This document shows positions 46,439 through 55,608 of a stretch of DNA of 55,608 nt, in pieces. The number at the start of each line of letters is the position of its first letter. The first letter of the stretch is position 1. The notes beneath the pieces are model-generated. The model had not been told where the DNA came from. It saw nothing but the letters and a program-made list of their open reading frames with translations, and searched no databases. Position numbers and translations under genes: made by a program. Where the stretch lies: positions 1 to 55,608 of the forward strand of contig CANNTX010000001.1 in the NCBI GenBank assembly GCA_947522695.1, read 5' to 3'. Source of the stretch: an uncultured Bacilli bacterium (GTDB lineage Bacteria; Bacillota_I; Bacilli_A; RF39; UBA660).

Positions 46439-48772
46439 GTGAAAATTTCTTGTAATATATTAAAAAAACATATTAAAGATAGTAGTTCGATTGATTTTAA
46501 AGATGTATGGAATAAGTTTACGATTAGAACTGCTGAAGTTGAAGGTGTAACTGAAGTAGGAAAAGATATTGATGGAATTGTTACTGGTAAGATTCTTACT
46601 TGTGTTAATCATCCAGAATCTAAAAAATTACATGTTTTAACTGTTGATGTTGGAGATGAAGTATTACAAATTGTTTGTGGTGCTCCGAATGTAAGAGTTG
46701 GAATGATAGGAGCTTGTATTAGAGTTGGTGGTCATATTGGTGGTATTACTATTGAACCTAGACCTTTAGTTGGTATAATGTCTTATGGTATGATGTGTAG
46801 TGGAAAAGAAATAGGTATTTCTGATGATCACTCTGGTATAATTGAATTTCCGGAAGATACTCCAGTAGGTGTAGATATTAAAAAATTATTTCCAATTGAA
46901 GATATAATTGTTGAGATTGATAATAAATCTTTAACACATAGACCTGATTTATGGGGACATTATGGTATTGCTAGAGAGATAGCTGCTATTACTGGACATG
47001 ATTTATTACCTTTAGAACTTGATAGAACTATTGTTGATAAGAAACCTTTAAATATTAAAATAGATAATCCAAAATTATGTTATAGATATGTTGGTACTAA
47101 AATAGAAAATATTACTAATAATAAAACACCAATGTGGATGCAAATATTTTTATATTATGCTGGTATGCGTTCTATTAATTTATTAGTTGATTTAACTAAT
47201 TATGTAATGCTTGAACTTGGTCAACCTATGCATGCTTTTGATTCAAGAGTTGTTAAAGATATTGAAGTAGGACTTGCTAATGATTTTGATACTTATACAA
47301 CTTTAGATGGAGTTCAAAGAAAACTTACTAAAGATGATTTAATGATTAAAAATGATGGTGAATATTTTGCAATTGCTGGAGTAATGGGTGGACAAGATAG
47401 TGAAATATTAGAAGATACTGATTCAATCGTGTTAGAGTCTGCTACATTTGAGGCATCTACTGTTAGAAAAACTGCTGTTAGATTGGGTCTTAGAACTGAA
47501 GCAAGTGCAAGATATGAAAAGAGTTTAGATCCAAATATGGCAATTACAGCAGCTAGAAGATTTATTAAGTTGCTATTTGATGAAAATCCGGATGCGGAAT
47601 ATGGCTCTTGTATTACTGATGTATATCCTACAATTCAAAAAGAAAATGAGATTATACTAGATAAAAATTATTTATATAAATATATGGGATTTAATATTAG
47701 TGATGAATTTGTTATAAATATTTTACAATCTTTAGATTTTATTGTTAAAAATACACCTAATGAGTTTAAAATAACTGTTCCAACATTTAGATCAACAAAA
47801 GATATAACAATTGCTGCTGATGTAATTGAAGAAATATCAAGAATGTATGGATATGAAAATTTTGAACATGTTCCACTTAAGATGGCTATGAGTTTTGGTA
47901 ATCCAGAAAAAACTTATGATTTAGAATATAAAGTTAAGTATTTACTTGCTACTAAATATAATTTACATGAGATTCATTCTTATTTATGGAATAAGACTTC
48001 ATTCTTAAAGAAAATAAATGTAGATGTTCAAAATGTTAAATTATTAGGTAAAAATGATGATAATATTTTAAGAAATGATTTAAATTTAAGCTTATTAGAA
48101 GCAAGTATTAATAATTCAAATAATTATGATAAATTTGGGATTTTTGAGATAGGTACTATTATTGATGATAATAAATCTAAGAGACATTTAAATATATTAT
48201 TATGTGATAGTATGAATGAAGAGGCTAATCTTTATTATCAGTTAAAAGATATTGTTAAGTATTTATTTAAGTCAGTTAAAAATGTAGATGTTAAATTCGA
48301 ACTTGGTTTAAATAGAGAATATTATATTAAAGATTTAAACTTAGATGTTATTGTTGATAATGTTGTAGTTGGAAAGATTAGTGTTTTTAATAAGAATATT
48401 GCTAAAGAGATTGGTAAGAAAAAGACTTATGTTTGTGCTGATATAGATTTTGATTTATTTGAAGAAATAGAAGATAAACAATATATTTATGAAGATGTAA
48501 GTAAGTATCCAAGTGTAAGTCTTGATTATACTATTACAGTTAAAAATAATACATTATATAATGATGTTGAGGAAGTACTTGATAGATTTAGTGATGATTT
48601 AATTGTAAAGAGAAGCTTAAAAGACATTTATGATAATGGAGAAAATAAAAACATAACTATTAGTTATGTAGTTGGATCTAAAGAACATACTTTAAGTAAT
48701 GATGAACTTGCTAATTTCAAAAATAAATTTATTTCTTATATTAGGGGACATAATTTAAACATTAATGAATAA
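46439..48772 (+). CDS. pheT: phenylalanine--tRNA ligase beta subunit
   Basis: tRNA-binding domain (HPESKKLHVLTVDVG), B3/4 and B5 regions, C-terminal FDX-ACB; 777 aa, immediately after pheS. Confidence 0.97.
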   Translation: MKISCNILKKHIKDSSSIDFKDVWNKFTIRTAEVEGVTEVGKDIDGIVTGKILTCVNHPESKKLHVLTVDVGDEVLQIVCGAPNVRVGMIGACIRVGGHIGGITIEPRPLVGIMSYGMMCSGKEIGISDDHSGIIEFPEDTPVGVDIKKLFPIEDIIVEIDNKSLTHRPDLWGHYGIAREIAAITGHDLLPLELDRTIVDKKPLNIKIDNPKLCYRYVGTKIENITNNKTPMWMQIFLYYAGMRSINLLVDLTNYVMLELGQPMHAFDSRVVKDIEVGLANDFDTYTTLDGVQRKLTKDDLMIKNDGEYFAIAGVMGGQDSEILEDTDSIVLESATFEASTVRKTAVRLGLRTEASARYEKSLDPNMAITAARRFIKLLFDENPDAEYGSCITDVYPTIQKENEIILDKNYLYKYMGFNISDEFVINILQSLDFIVKNTPNEFKITVPTFRSTKDITIAADVIEEISRMYGYENFEHVPLKMAMSFGNPEKTYDLEYKVKYLLATKYNLHEIHSYLWNKTSFLKKINVDVQNVKLLGKNDDNILRNDLNLSLLEASINNSNNYDKFGIFEIGTIIDDNKSKRHLNILLCDSMNEEANLYYQLKDIVKYLFKSVKNVDVKFELGLNREYYIKDLNLDVIVDNVVVGKISVFNKNIAKEIGKKKTYVCADIDFDLFEEIEDKQYIYEDVSKYPSVSLDYTITVKNNTLYNDVEEVLDRFSDDLIVKRSLKDIYDNGENKNITISYVVGSKEHTLSNDELANFKNKFISYIRGHNLNINE

Positions 48773-48810
48773 AAAAATAATCTATGATTTAGTTCATAGG
48801 TTATTTTTTT
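48771..48810. terminator. bidirectional rho-independent terminator shared by convergent pheT and rnr
   Basis: 10-bp stem TAATCTATGA / TCATAGGTTA (one G-U pair) flanked by A7 on the left and T7 on the right. The rnr stop codon lies inside the stem. Confidence 0.7.
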
Positions 48811-51746
48811 ATTGGTTTGTGAGTTAATACTTTTCCTCTTGATGTAAGATTTTTTAATTTATAATTTAAGTTAAATTCAATATCACCTGAGAATTCATCT
48901 ATGTTAGTCATTGTGATATTTACTTCGTTTCCAATTTTATATGTTTCTCCAGTGTAACGTCCTCTTAAGAAACGTTTTTTAGATTTAGAGATTAAATCAA
49001 ATGTGTCTCCATTTATGTTATTAAAGTAAATAATTCCCTCTATTCCGTCTTCAGTTTTAACTACTAAATGATCACCAAATATCATTTGGATAGTAGCATT
49101 ATAGTTAGTTCCAATCTGTTCTTTTAGGGAGTTTAAAAGATATAATTTATTTGATTTACTTTCAGCTTGATCATATAGTCTTTCTTTACGAGTTGCTTCT
49201 CTGGCTATGTCATCAATTTCCATTTTCATTAAAGCGTATTCTTTTTTAGGAATATCTGCTTCATATTTTACAGGTTTATAATTTTCTCTTATTACTAATT
49301 CATCTGTATTATATAGTTCAAATAAGTCATCAATTATCATATGAACTATAAAATCAACTATTCTTCTAATAGGACTGGTGAAATGAGTATAAATTAATAA
49401 GTTTAGGGCCCAGTGAATGCCTTCAGCAGTAGTGTATTTGGCACGATTAAATGTAAACAAAATTAAATTACTTATTAAATCGACTTGTTTACTATCAAAC
49501 ATTTGTGATTCTCTGATGATTTTTTTAACTATTCTTGGGTCTTTTTCGACTTCATTTTTATCAATATGTATTCCTAGTTCTTCTAAAATATTAAGTAATT
49601 CATAAATTTTTCGTTTATCACTTTCTTCATGAACTCGATATATTCCTGGTAAAGGAGAATTTTTTAGAAGTGTTCCTATTTCGGTGTTAGCAAGTATCAT
49701 TAGTATTTCGATCATTTTTTGAGCTGGTCCACGTTCTTCTTCAACTAATGTTACATTATTATTACTATCAATATTTACCTCGTGTTTAACAACATTAAGT
49801 TCTAGTAAGCCTTCTTTTTCTTTTTTATCCCAGATTTTATCAGATACTTCCTTCATTGGAAGAATATCTTTAACAAATGGCTCATATCCTTCAGGAACTA
49901 CTTGGTTTTCTAATATACTATTGACATCGTCGTATGTCATTTTCTTTTTAGAATTAATAACTGATTTGCAAACTTTAGAATTAACTATTTCGCCATTTTG
50001 ATCTATTTCAATAATTACACTTTTAGTTAATCTATCAACACCTTCATTTAACGAACAGATTCCGTTTGCTAGTTTTGGATGAAACATATGAATTGCAGTG
50101 TTTAACATATATAAAGTAAAGCATCTATTCATTGCTTCATTATAAATTGCTGTGCCTTTTTTTACGTAATGATTTGGTTCGGCAATACTTACAGTGATTT
50201 GATAGTTTCCGTTAGGAAGAATTTCGATTCCAACAGCATCATCCATATCTTTTGTAGATATTCCATCAATTGTAAATATTGTTTTATTTCTAAAATCGTG
50301 ATTTTTTCTAGCCTCAATATCACTTTCAGATACTTCGTCAGGAATATTCTTTATTTCTTCATATACTTCTTCACAGTAGTCAGGATTACATTCGTGTTCA
50401 ATTGCAATTAAAGCAAGGGCTGGACTTAAATTAGTATCTGTTAATATGATTCTATCACTTACTAGATGGCAATTAAAACCATCGTTTATTTTTTCTTTAT
50501 CTGGTTTAACTAATACGTAATCTCCATTTAATAAATTTTTAAGTTCATTTTTATTTACTCTTAAGTTTAATACACCTTTAACATTATGAGGAACTAATAT
50601 TTTTTTGCCTTCTTTTTCTTTTACTTCACAAAGAACGGGAGATGATGTTCTTTCAATTATTTTAATTACTTTTCCTTCTTTTGGTTTTTTATTGGTGTTT
50701 AGATAATATATTACTTCATCATTTGGTAGTGCGCCGTTTATTGTTTCTTTGTTTAGCATCAAATTTGTTCCATCATCAAGAACTAAATAGGGATTACCTT
50801 TCGCGCTACTTTGAATTGTTCCAATGTGGTAATCATTAGGCATTAACTTATAAACACCATCTAATTCGATAATAATTCCTTCATCTTCAAGAATAGATAT
50901 TAGATTATCTGCTGATATTGAATTTGGTTGGGTAATCTTATTTATAATTTTGGTTAATTCTGATTTATCAGATTCTTTTTGATTAGTGTAATATTCTTTA
51001 ACATTCTTAATTAATTCAGTTAAGAAATTTCGAGTAACTAATGTATTTAGTGGTAATTCAATTATTTGATTATTAAATAAATTTATATATTCATTTTCTG
51101 TTTCATAAATAATATCTTCTTTGATTAATTCATCTATTATATGGTGTATTTTAGTTTGAATATCTGTTAATTTAATTATTTTTAAAACAAAATTATTTAT
51201 ATTTACCATTTTAGTATTTTTTATAAAATCAATTAATTTAGTATAATCTTTAATATTAGATGCTCTTAATTCTTTAATTAATTCTTTTTCTTGATTATCG
51301 TTAAATGCTATGTATAGCATATCATCCTTTTCAAATATAATTTTATTTTGCTTTAAAAATAATAAAATATTATTAATAGTTTTGTTAAAACCAGTGTAAT
51401 TTAGAAGATACGAAAATAAATCTTTTTTAGGGATTGTTTCATTGTTAATGTTCATATTAAAGTTACTAATAAGTTCAGCATTAACTAGATTTTGATTTTC
51501 TTTTAATTTAAGTTCTAGTTCTTTTTCATTAGCATATTCTTTAAATAATTTATATTTATCATTATAAAAGTAAATTATACCATTAGATTCTAATAAGTTA
51601 ATTAGACTATCTATGTCGACATTTAAGTTATTACTATTAGATAAATATTTTTTTAATTTATTTAAAGTTATGTTATTTTCTGATTTAAAAAAGTATATTA
51701 AATCCTTAGCTAAGTTATTAATTAAATTCATTTTATTTTCGTTCAT
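48801..51746 (-). CDS. rnr: ribonuclease R (RNB family 3'-5' exoribonuclease) with an extended ~305-aa N-terminal region
   Basis: RNB motifs TIDGISTKDMDDAV, CSLNEGVDRLT, YRVHEE, YTHFTSPIRRIVDFIVH; cold-shock/OB region and C-terminal S1-like region. At 981 aa it is longer than the usual 700-800 aa. Confidence 0.9.
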   Translation of the reverse strand: MNENKMNLINNLAKDLIYFFKSENNITLNKLKKYLSNSNNLNVDIDSLINLLESNGIIYFYNDKYKLFKEYANEKELELKLKENQNLVNAELISNFNMNINNETIPKKDLFSYLLNYTGFNKTINNILLFLKQNKIIFEKDDMLYIAFNDNQEKELIKELRASNIKDYTKLIDFIKNTKMVNINNFVLKIIKLTDIQTKIHHIIDELIKEDIIYETENEYINLFNNQIIELPLNTLVTRNFLTELIKNVKEYYTNQKESDKSELTKIINKITQPNSISADNLISILEDEGIIIELDGVYKLMPNDYHIGTIQSSAKGNPYLVLDDGTNLMLNKETINGALPNDEVIYYLNTNKKPKEGKVIKIIERTSSPVLCEVKEKEGKKILVPHNVKGVLNLRVNKNELKNLLNGDYVLVKPDKEKINDGFNCHLVSDRIILTDTNLSPALALIAIEHECNPDYCEEVYEEIKNIPDEVSESDIEARKNHDFRNKTIFTIDGISTKDMDDAVGIEILPNGNYQITVSIAEPNHYVKKGTAIYNEAMNRCFTLYMLNTAIHMFHPKLANGICSLNEGVDRLTKSVIIEIDQNGEIVNSKVCKSVINSKKKMTYDDVNSILENQVVPEGYEPFVKDILPMKEVSDKIWDKKEKEGLLELNVVKHEVNIDSNNNVTLVEEERGPAQKMIEILMILANTEIGTLLKNSPLPGIYRVHEESDKRKIYELLNILEELGIHIDKNEVEKDPRIVKKIIRESQMFDSKQVDLISNLILFTFNRAKYTTAEGIHWALNLLIYTHFTSPIRRIVDFIVHMIIDDLFELYNTDELVIRENYKPVKYEADIPKKEYALMKMEIDDIAREATRKERLYDQAESKSNKLYLLNSLKEQIGTNYNATIQMIFGDHLVVKTEDGIEGIIYFNNINGDTFDLISKSKKRFLRGRYTGETYKIGNEVNITMTNIDEFSGDIEFNLNYKLKNLTSRGKVLTHKPIKK

Positions 51747-51820
51747 TATTTACCACCCTTTACAATTATTAAAACACAATAAATTTATTATGTAAATTAA
51801 AAATCTTAAAAATTTTTAAT

Positions 51821-51849
51821 TTGATTTTTTTTAGTTAATTTGTTAGAAT
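51821..51849 (+). promoter_or_regulatory. candidate sigma-70 promoter for the XRE-ImmA-like gene
   Basis: TTGATT, 17-nt spacer, TAGAAT, 30 nt upstream of the ATG. Confidence 0.45.
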
Positions 51850-51878
51850 TTAATTAGAAAGATATTAACAGGTGTTAT

Positions 51879-52850
51879 ATGAAAAGTATAGGAGATAATT
51901 TAAAGTTATTTAGATTAAGATGTAATTTATCATTAACTGATGCTGGTAGTAAAGTGGGGTTATCTGCTCCGGGGTTGTTAAAATATGAAAGAAATAAAGT
52001 TAATCATTCTTTAGATAAATTAAATAAGCTTGCTGATATATATAATGTTACTTTAGATGATATTTTAAAAGTTGATGATACAGCAACAATTAAGTTTACT
52101 AATTTAAGAGTTGGTACTAGCGTTAGTGAAGCAAAGATAGAAAAAATTAAATCTTTAATTCAAAATAAAGTTGATAATTATTTTGAATTATTAAATAAGT
52201 CGAATATTAAATTAGTTAATAAATTTGGGGTACATATTATTAATACGATTAATGAAGCTGAAAGTTTAGCTACTAAGTTAAGAATATTTTTTCAACTTCC
52301 TATTAATGAACCTATTTATAATTTAATTTATTTGTTAGAACAACATGATATTATTATTTTAACATTAGATAAATCAAGTGTTACGGAAGGATTTATTGGA
52401 TTTTATGAAAATATTAATAATATTCCGGTTATTATTGTACCTAAGGAAGAAGATGGATATTCTCAAAGATTTAATGTGGCTAAGTTCTTAGGTGAACTAT
52501 TAATTATTTCTAATGAAAGTAATAAATCTAATTTAACTGATGCCTTTGCTTTATCATTACTTGTTCCAACTAAATCTTTAATTAATGAATTTGGCGAAAA
52601 TAGAAAGAAAATAAATTTTGAAGAGATTGATATTTTTAGTAAAGTTTATAGGGTAAGTTATAAGAATATAATTAAAAAGTTAGAGATTAGTAATATAATA
52701 ACAGGTAGTAATGCGAAATATTTGAATATATACATAAATAAAGAAAATAAAAAAGAACAATATTTTATGGAAGAAGCTTTAAATTATAATAAAATGCTTT
52801 ATAAATTAAATGCTTTAGATATTATATGCGATGTAAGTAGCTACTTATAG
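51879..52850 (+). CDS. XRE-family HTH regulator fused to an ImmA/IrrE (DUF955)-like domain lacking the HExxH catalytic residues
   Basis: HTH LKLFRLRCNLSLTDAGSKVGLSAPGLLKYERNK. C-terminal SQRFNVAKFLGELLI aligns with the ImmA consensus RFTIAHELGHLLL, followed by AFALSLLVP (consensus FA..LL.P). Confidence 0.75.
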   Translation: MKSIGDNLKLFRLRCNLSLTDAGSKVGLSAPGLLKYERNKVNHSLDKLNKLADIYNVTLDDILKVDDTATIKFTNLRVGTSVSEAKIEKIKSLIQNKVDNYFELLNKSNIKLVNKFGVHIINTINEAESLATKLRIFFQLPINEPIYNLIYLLEQHDIIILTLDKSSVTEGFIGFYENINNIPVIIVPKEEDGYSQRFNVAKFLGELLIISNESNKSNLTDAFALSLLVPTKSLINEFGENRKKINFEEIDIFSKVYRVSYKNIIKKLEISNIITGSNAKYLNIYINKENKKEQYFMEEALNYNKMLYKLNALDIICDVSSYL

Positions 52851-52891
52851 TTACTTTTTTGCGTTTTGACTAAAATATGTTGATGTTTTCC

Positions 52892-52920
52892 TTGACTTTT
52901 AGGTGAGGATCTCATATAAT
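52892..52920 (+). promoter_or_regulatory. near-consensus sigma-70 promoter of rplM-rpsI
   Basis: TTGACT (52892-52897), exactly 17-nt spacer, TATAAT (52915-52920). Confidence 0.6.
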
Positions 52921-53002
52921 TCATATTGGTACATTTTTATTGGTTACTGATTTTTATGTGGGTGATAATTGAAGTAATTGATAAAGGAAGGATTTAAGAA
53001 AT

Positions 53003-53434
53003 ATGAAAACATTTATGCAAACTAAAGAAACTGTTGATCGTAAGTGGTATGTTATTGATGCTGCTGGTAAACCTCTAGGTAGAGTTGCTACTAAAGCTGC
53101 TCATATTTTAAGAGGAAAAAATAAACCTACTTTTACTCCTCATATTGATTGTGGAGATTATGTTATCATTATTAATGCTGGAGAGGTTAAATTAACTGGT
53201 AATAAATTAAATGATAAGATGTATTACAATCATTCTGGATTCCCAGGAGGACTTAGAGAAAGAAACGCTATGACTATGATTGAAAAATATCCAGTTGAAA
53301 TGGTAGAAAGAGCTGTTAAAGGTATGCTTCCTAATGGACCATTAGGTAGAGATATGTACCGTAAGTTATTTGTGTATGCTGATGATAAACATAGTCATGC
53401 TGCTCAAAAACCTACAACTATAACTATTGATTAG
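53003..53434 (+). CDS. rplM: 50S ribosomal protein L13
   Basis: [35 protein letters not shown]...; 143 aa. Confidence 0.97.
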   Translation: MKTFMQTKETVDRKWYVIDAAGKPLGRVATKAAHILRGKNKPTFTPHIDCGDYVIIINAGEVKLTGNKLNDKMYYNHSGFPGGLRERNAMTMIEKYPVEMVERAVKGMLPNGPLGRDMYRKLFVYADDKHSHAAQKPTTITID

Positions 53435-53445
53435 GAGGATTAAGG

Positions 53446-53856
53446 ATGAAAGAAATTACTGCTACAGGTAGAAGAAAAAGATCAGTTGCTCAAATTAGAA
53501 TGACTGCTGGTAAAGGTAATATTACTGTTAATGGAAAAAATATTAACGAATATATGCCTTATGGAACTTTAGTTCTTGATGTTAAACAACCATTAGTTTT
53601 AACTAATAACGAAAGCACTTTTGATATTGTTGTTAAAGTTAATGGCGGTGGATTCTCTGGACAAGCTGGTGCAATTAGACTTGCTATTGCTAAAGCTTTA
53701 AAAGAATATGACAAAGATTCTGATCAAAACAGAGATGATGCTTATGGTAAAGTGTTAAGAGCTAACGGATTCTTAACTCGTGATCCAAGAGTTAAAGAAC
53801 GTAAAAAATATGGTCTTAAAAAGGCCAGAAGAGCCCCACAATTCTCAAAAAGATAG
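53446..53856 (+). CDS. rpsI: 30S ribosomal protein S9
   Basis: [10 protein letters not shown]..., [20 protein letters not shown]-terminal [25 protein letters not shown]. Confidence 0.97.
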   Translation: MKEITATGRRKRSVAQIRMTAGKGNITVNGKNINEYMPYGTLVLDVKQPLVLTNNESTFDIVVKVNGGGFSGQAGAIRLAIAKALKEYDKDSDQNRDDAYGKVLRANGFLTRDPRVKERKKYGLKKARRAPQFSKR

Positions 53857-53874
53857 GTTTTATATTACAGTTTT

Positions 53875-53908
53875 ATCTCATAAACTCAGTGTTTATGAGA
53901 TTTTTTTG
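53875..53908 (+). terminator. rho-independent terminator after rpsI
   Basis: ATCTCATAAAC-TCAGT-GTTTATGAGAT followed by T6. Confidence 0.7.
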
Positions 53909-53914
53909 TTAAAA

Positions 53915-53941
53915 AAACATATCTATTTTTTAGATATGTTT
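53915..53941 (-). terminator. hairpin at the 3' end of the minus-strand XRE gene (possible terminator)
   Basis: AAACATATCTA-TTTTT-TAGATATGTTT perfect 11-bp stem with an A-run on the + strand side; it includes the stop codon. Confidence 0.45.
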
Positions 53942-54179
53942 AATCTTCTAAATTGTTAAAGTTAAATAGCTCATTGTTAAAAAATTCTTCTAATGAAATA
54001 TTTAATGCTTTACATATTTGATAAATTACAAAAGAACTCGGATTATTTATCCTACAGTTTATTAAATCCCTTAATGTTGAAGATGGAATTGTTGACATTT
54101 CGGATAATTTATTTGGTGTAATATTTCTTTCACTACACAAATTAATTACTCTTTTGCTTATAGCTTCTTTAAATTTCAT
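53940..54179 (-). CDS. small XRE-family HTH transcriptional regulator
   Basis: 79 aa. RVINLCSERNITPNKLSEMSTIPSSTLRDLIN and ICKALNISLEEFF are typical of HTH_3/HTH_26-type regulators. Confidence 0.8.
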   Translation of the reverse strand: MKFKEAISKRVINLCSERNITPNKLSEMSTIPSSTLRDLINCRINNPSSFVIYQICKALNISLEEFFNNELFNFNNLED

Positions 54180-54272
54180 ATTTGTATTCTCCTTACTTCT
54201 TTATTAGTATTTTACTTAATTTATTAAGGAATTATGCACGGATACCCGTTTTACAGTTAATTTATTATTATC

Positions 54273-54301
54273 TTTACAAATTTTATTAATTAAGGTAAAC
54301 T
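54273..54301 (+). promoter_or_regulatory. candidate promoter for tilS
   Basis: TTTACA, 17-nt spacer, TAAACT, about 22 nt upstream of the GGAGG RBS/ATG. Confidence 0.4.
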
Positions 54302-54323
54302 ACTTATTGAAATTGGAGGAAAT

Positions 54324-55608
54324 ATGGAAGAAGTTATTAACTATATTAAAAGTTTAAATATTAATTCTAATGTTGTTTTGGCTTGTTCTTATGGTCCTGA
54401 TTCAATGTGTTTGTTGGATATTTTAAATAAATTAGGAATTAAGGTAATAGTTGCACATGTAAATCATAAATTAAGGGAAGAATCTGATTTAGAATATGAA
54501 TTATTAAAAAAATATTGTGAAGAAAATAAATTAGTGTTTGAAGGATTTGTAATTGATAATTATCCAAAGGGAAATGTTGAAAATATTGCTAGAATTAAAA
54601 GATATGAATTTTTTGATAAAATAATTAAAAAGTATAAATCTGATTATTTATTTACTGCTCATCATGGTGATGATTTAATGGAAACTATTTTAATGAGAAT
54701 TAGTAGGGGATCTTCTTTTAAAGGATATGCTGGCTTTGAAATTAATAGTAAGGTAAATGGTTATAATTTAGTTAGACCTTTAATATTTGTTACTAAAGAT
54801 GATATAGATAATTATAATAAAATAAATAATATACCGTATGCAATTGATAAAACTAATTTAGAACTTGTTCATACTAGAAATATTTATAGACATAAAATAT
54901 TACCTGAGTTTAAAGAGATTAATCCAAAAATTCATAAAAAATTCATAAAGTTTAGCAATAATATAATTGATTATTATCATTATGTTGATGAAGAAGCAAT
55001 TGGGTATAAAAGTGTTCTTTATGATGATAAGAAGTATTTAGATATTAATGATGTTATTAATTTACCTATTTTTATGGTTCGATTATTAATTCAGAAGATA
55101 TTATTTGAAATATATGGTGATGATATAAGTTTTATAGAAGATAAACATTTGGATTTAGTTTTAAATCTTATTTATAGTGATAAGGCTAATATGGTTGTTA
55201 ATTTACCTAAGAGAAAGTTGGCCTATAAATTTTATAATAAGATTGAGATAAAAGATGAAGAAGAAATTAATAGTTATGATTATATTCTAGAAGATGAGTT
55301 AAATCTTAGTTTAGGTAAAATATTTAAAATAGATTCAACTGATATTGTTAAAAGTAATTATATTATTAGACTAAATTGGAATGATATTAAGATGCCAATT
55401 CATGTTAGATCTAGAAAATTTGGTGACAGGATTGAACTTAAAAATGGTAGTAAAAAAGTTGGTGAGATTTTAAGTGAGGCTAAGATTAATAAATTAGATA
55501 GAGATAGGTATCCGATTGTTTGTGATGATGTTGGAAAAATTTTGTGGATACCTGGTGTTAAAAAGAGTAAATTTGATAGGCAAATTAATGAAGAGTATGA
55601 TATAATAA
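54324..55608 (+). CDS. tilS: tRNA(Ile)-lysidine synthase, 3' end beyond the window (not in the supplied ORF track because no stop is reached)
   Basis: GGAGGA RBS plus ATG at 54324. PP-loop VVLACSYGPDSMCLLDIL (SGGxDS variant), VAHVNHKLREESD, TAHHGDDLMETILMR, C-terminal RFGDRIELKNG...KKV. The frame stays open to base 55608. Confidence 0.9.
   Translation, partial: MEEVINYIKSLNINSNVVLACSYGPDSMCLLDILNKLGIKVIVAHVNHKLREESDLEYELLKKYCEENKLVFEGFVIDNYPKGNVENIARIKRYEFFDKIIKKYKSDYLFTAHHGDDLMETILMRISRGSSFKGYAGFEINSKVNGYNLVRPLIFVTKDDIDNYNKINNIPYAIDKTNLELVHTRNIYRHKILPEFKEINPKIHKKFIKFSNNIIDYYHYVDEEAIGYKSVLYDDKKYLDINDVINLPIFMVRLLIQKILFEIYGDDISFIEDKHLDLVLNLIYSDKANMVVNLPKRKLAYKFYNKIEIKDEEEINSYDYILEDELNLSLGKIFKIDSTDIVKSNYIIRLNWNDIKMPIHVRSRKFGDRIELKNGSKKVGEILSEAKINKLDRDRYPIVCDDVGKILWIPGVKKSKFDRQINEEYDII

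Noticed and set aside
49417-51795. Three + strand ORFs (49417-49605, 50169-50411, 51613-51795) opposite rnr
   Set aside because: They are antisense shadows of the RNase R gene.

Overview
This is a very AT-rich chromosomal segment of the low-GC Gram-positive (Bacillota) type. It uses the standard genetic code: TGA acts as a stop, for example at 22965-22967, and Trp is encoded by TGG. Almost all genes are on the + strand.

Clearly recognisable housekeeping genes:
- ligA (5' partial), ctpA-like S41 protease, truA, lepB, dusB, uvrA
- a Phe T-box leader followed by pheS-pheT
- rnr (RNase R, - strand), rplM-rpsI
- tilS (3' partial, and absent from the ORF track)

About 40% of the window (roughly 14.6-36.6 kb) is a large cell-envelope glycopolymer (teichoic-acid-like) region arranged in terminator-delimited operons. 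It contains tagO, tagG/tagH, mnaA and several glycosyltransferases. It also contains unusual domain fusions: O-antigen-ligase-like + TagA, YidC + TagF-like, and HAD + GtrA.

Within that region is a translationally coupled five-gene operon: an ABC importer, a wHTH-LicC-like cytidylyltransferase and a membrane sulfatase-family enzyme. I consider this the best candidate for an undescribed scavenge-and-decorate envelope module.

Other notable items:
- An accessory-looking islet at 4.7-9.6 kb. It holds an orphan GC-rich structured block, a frameshifted RHH mini-ORF, an orphan 729-aa membrane-anchored HExxH protein, and an AAA_14/DUF4143-type ATPase gene bracketed by 53-bp direct repeats.
- A pair of catalytically degenerate EcfA-like ABC ATPases upstream of truA, with no EcfT.
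- A decayed gtrB/csbB-like GT2 pseudogene.
- An RNase R with four tandem winged-helix-like N-terminal modules.
- An XRE-ImmA fusion in which all three HExxH catalytic residues are replaced.

I saw no rRNA, tRNA, CRISPR array, transposase or integrase. All functional calls rest on motifs read by eye; no database search was possible.
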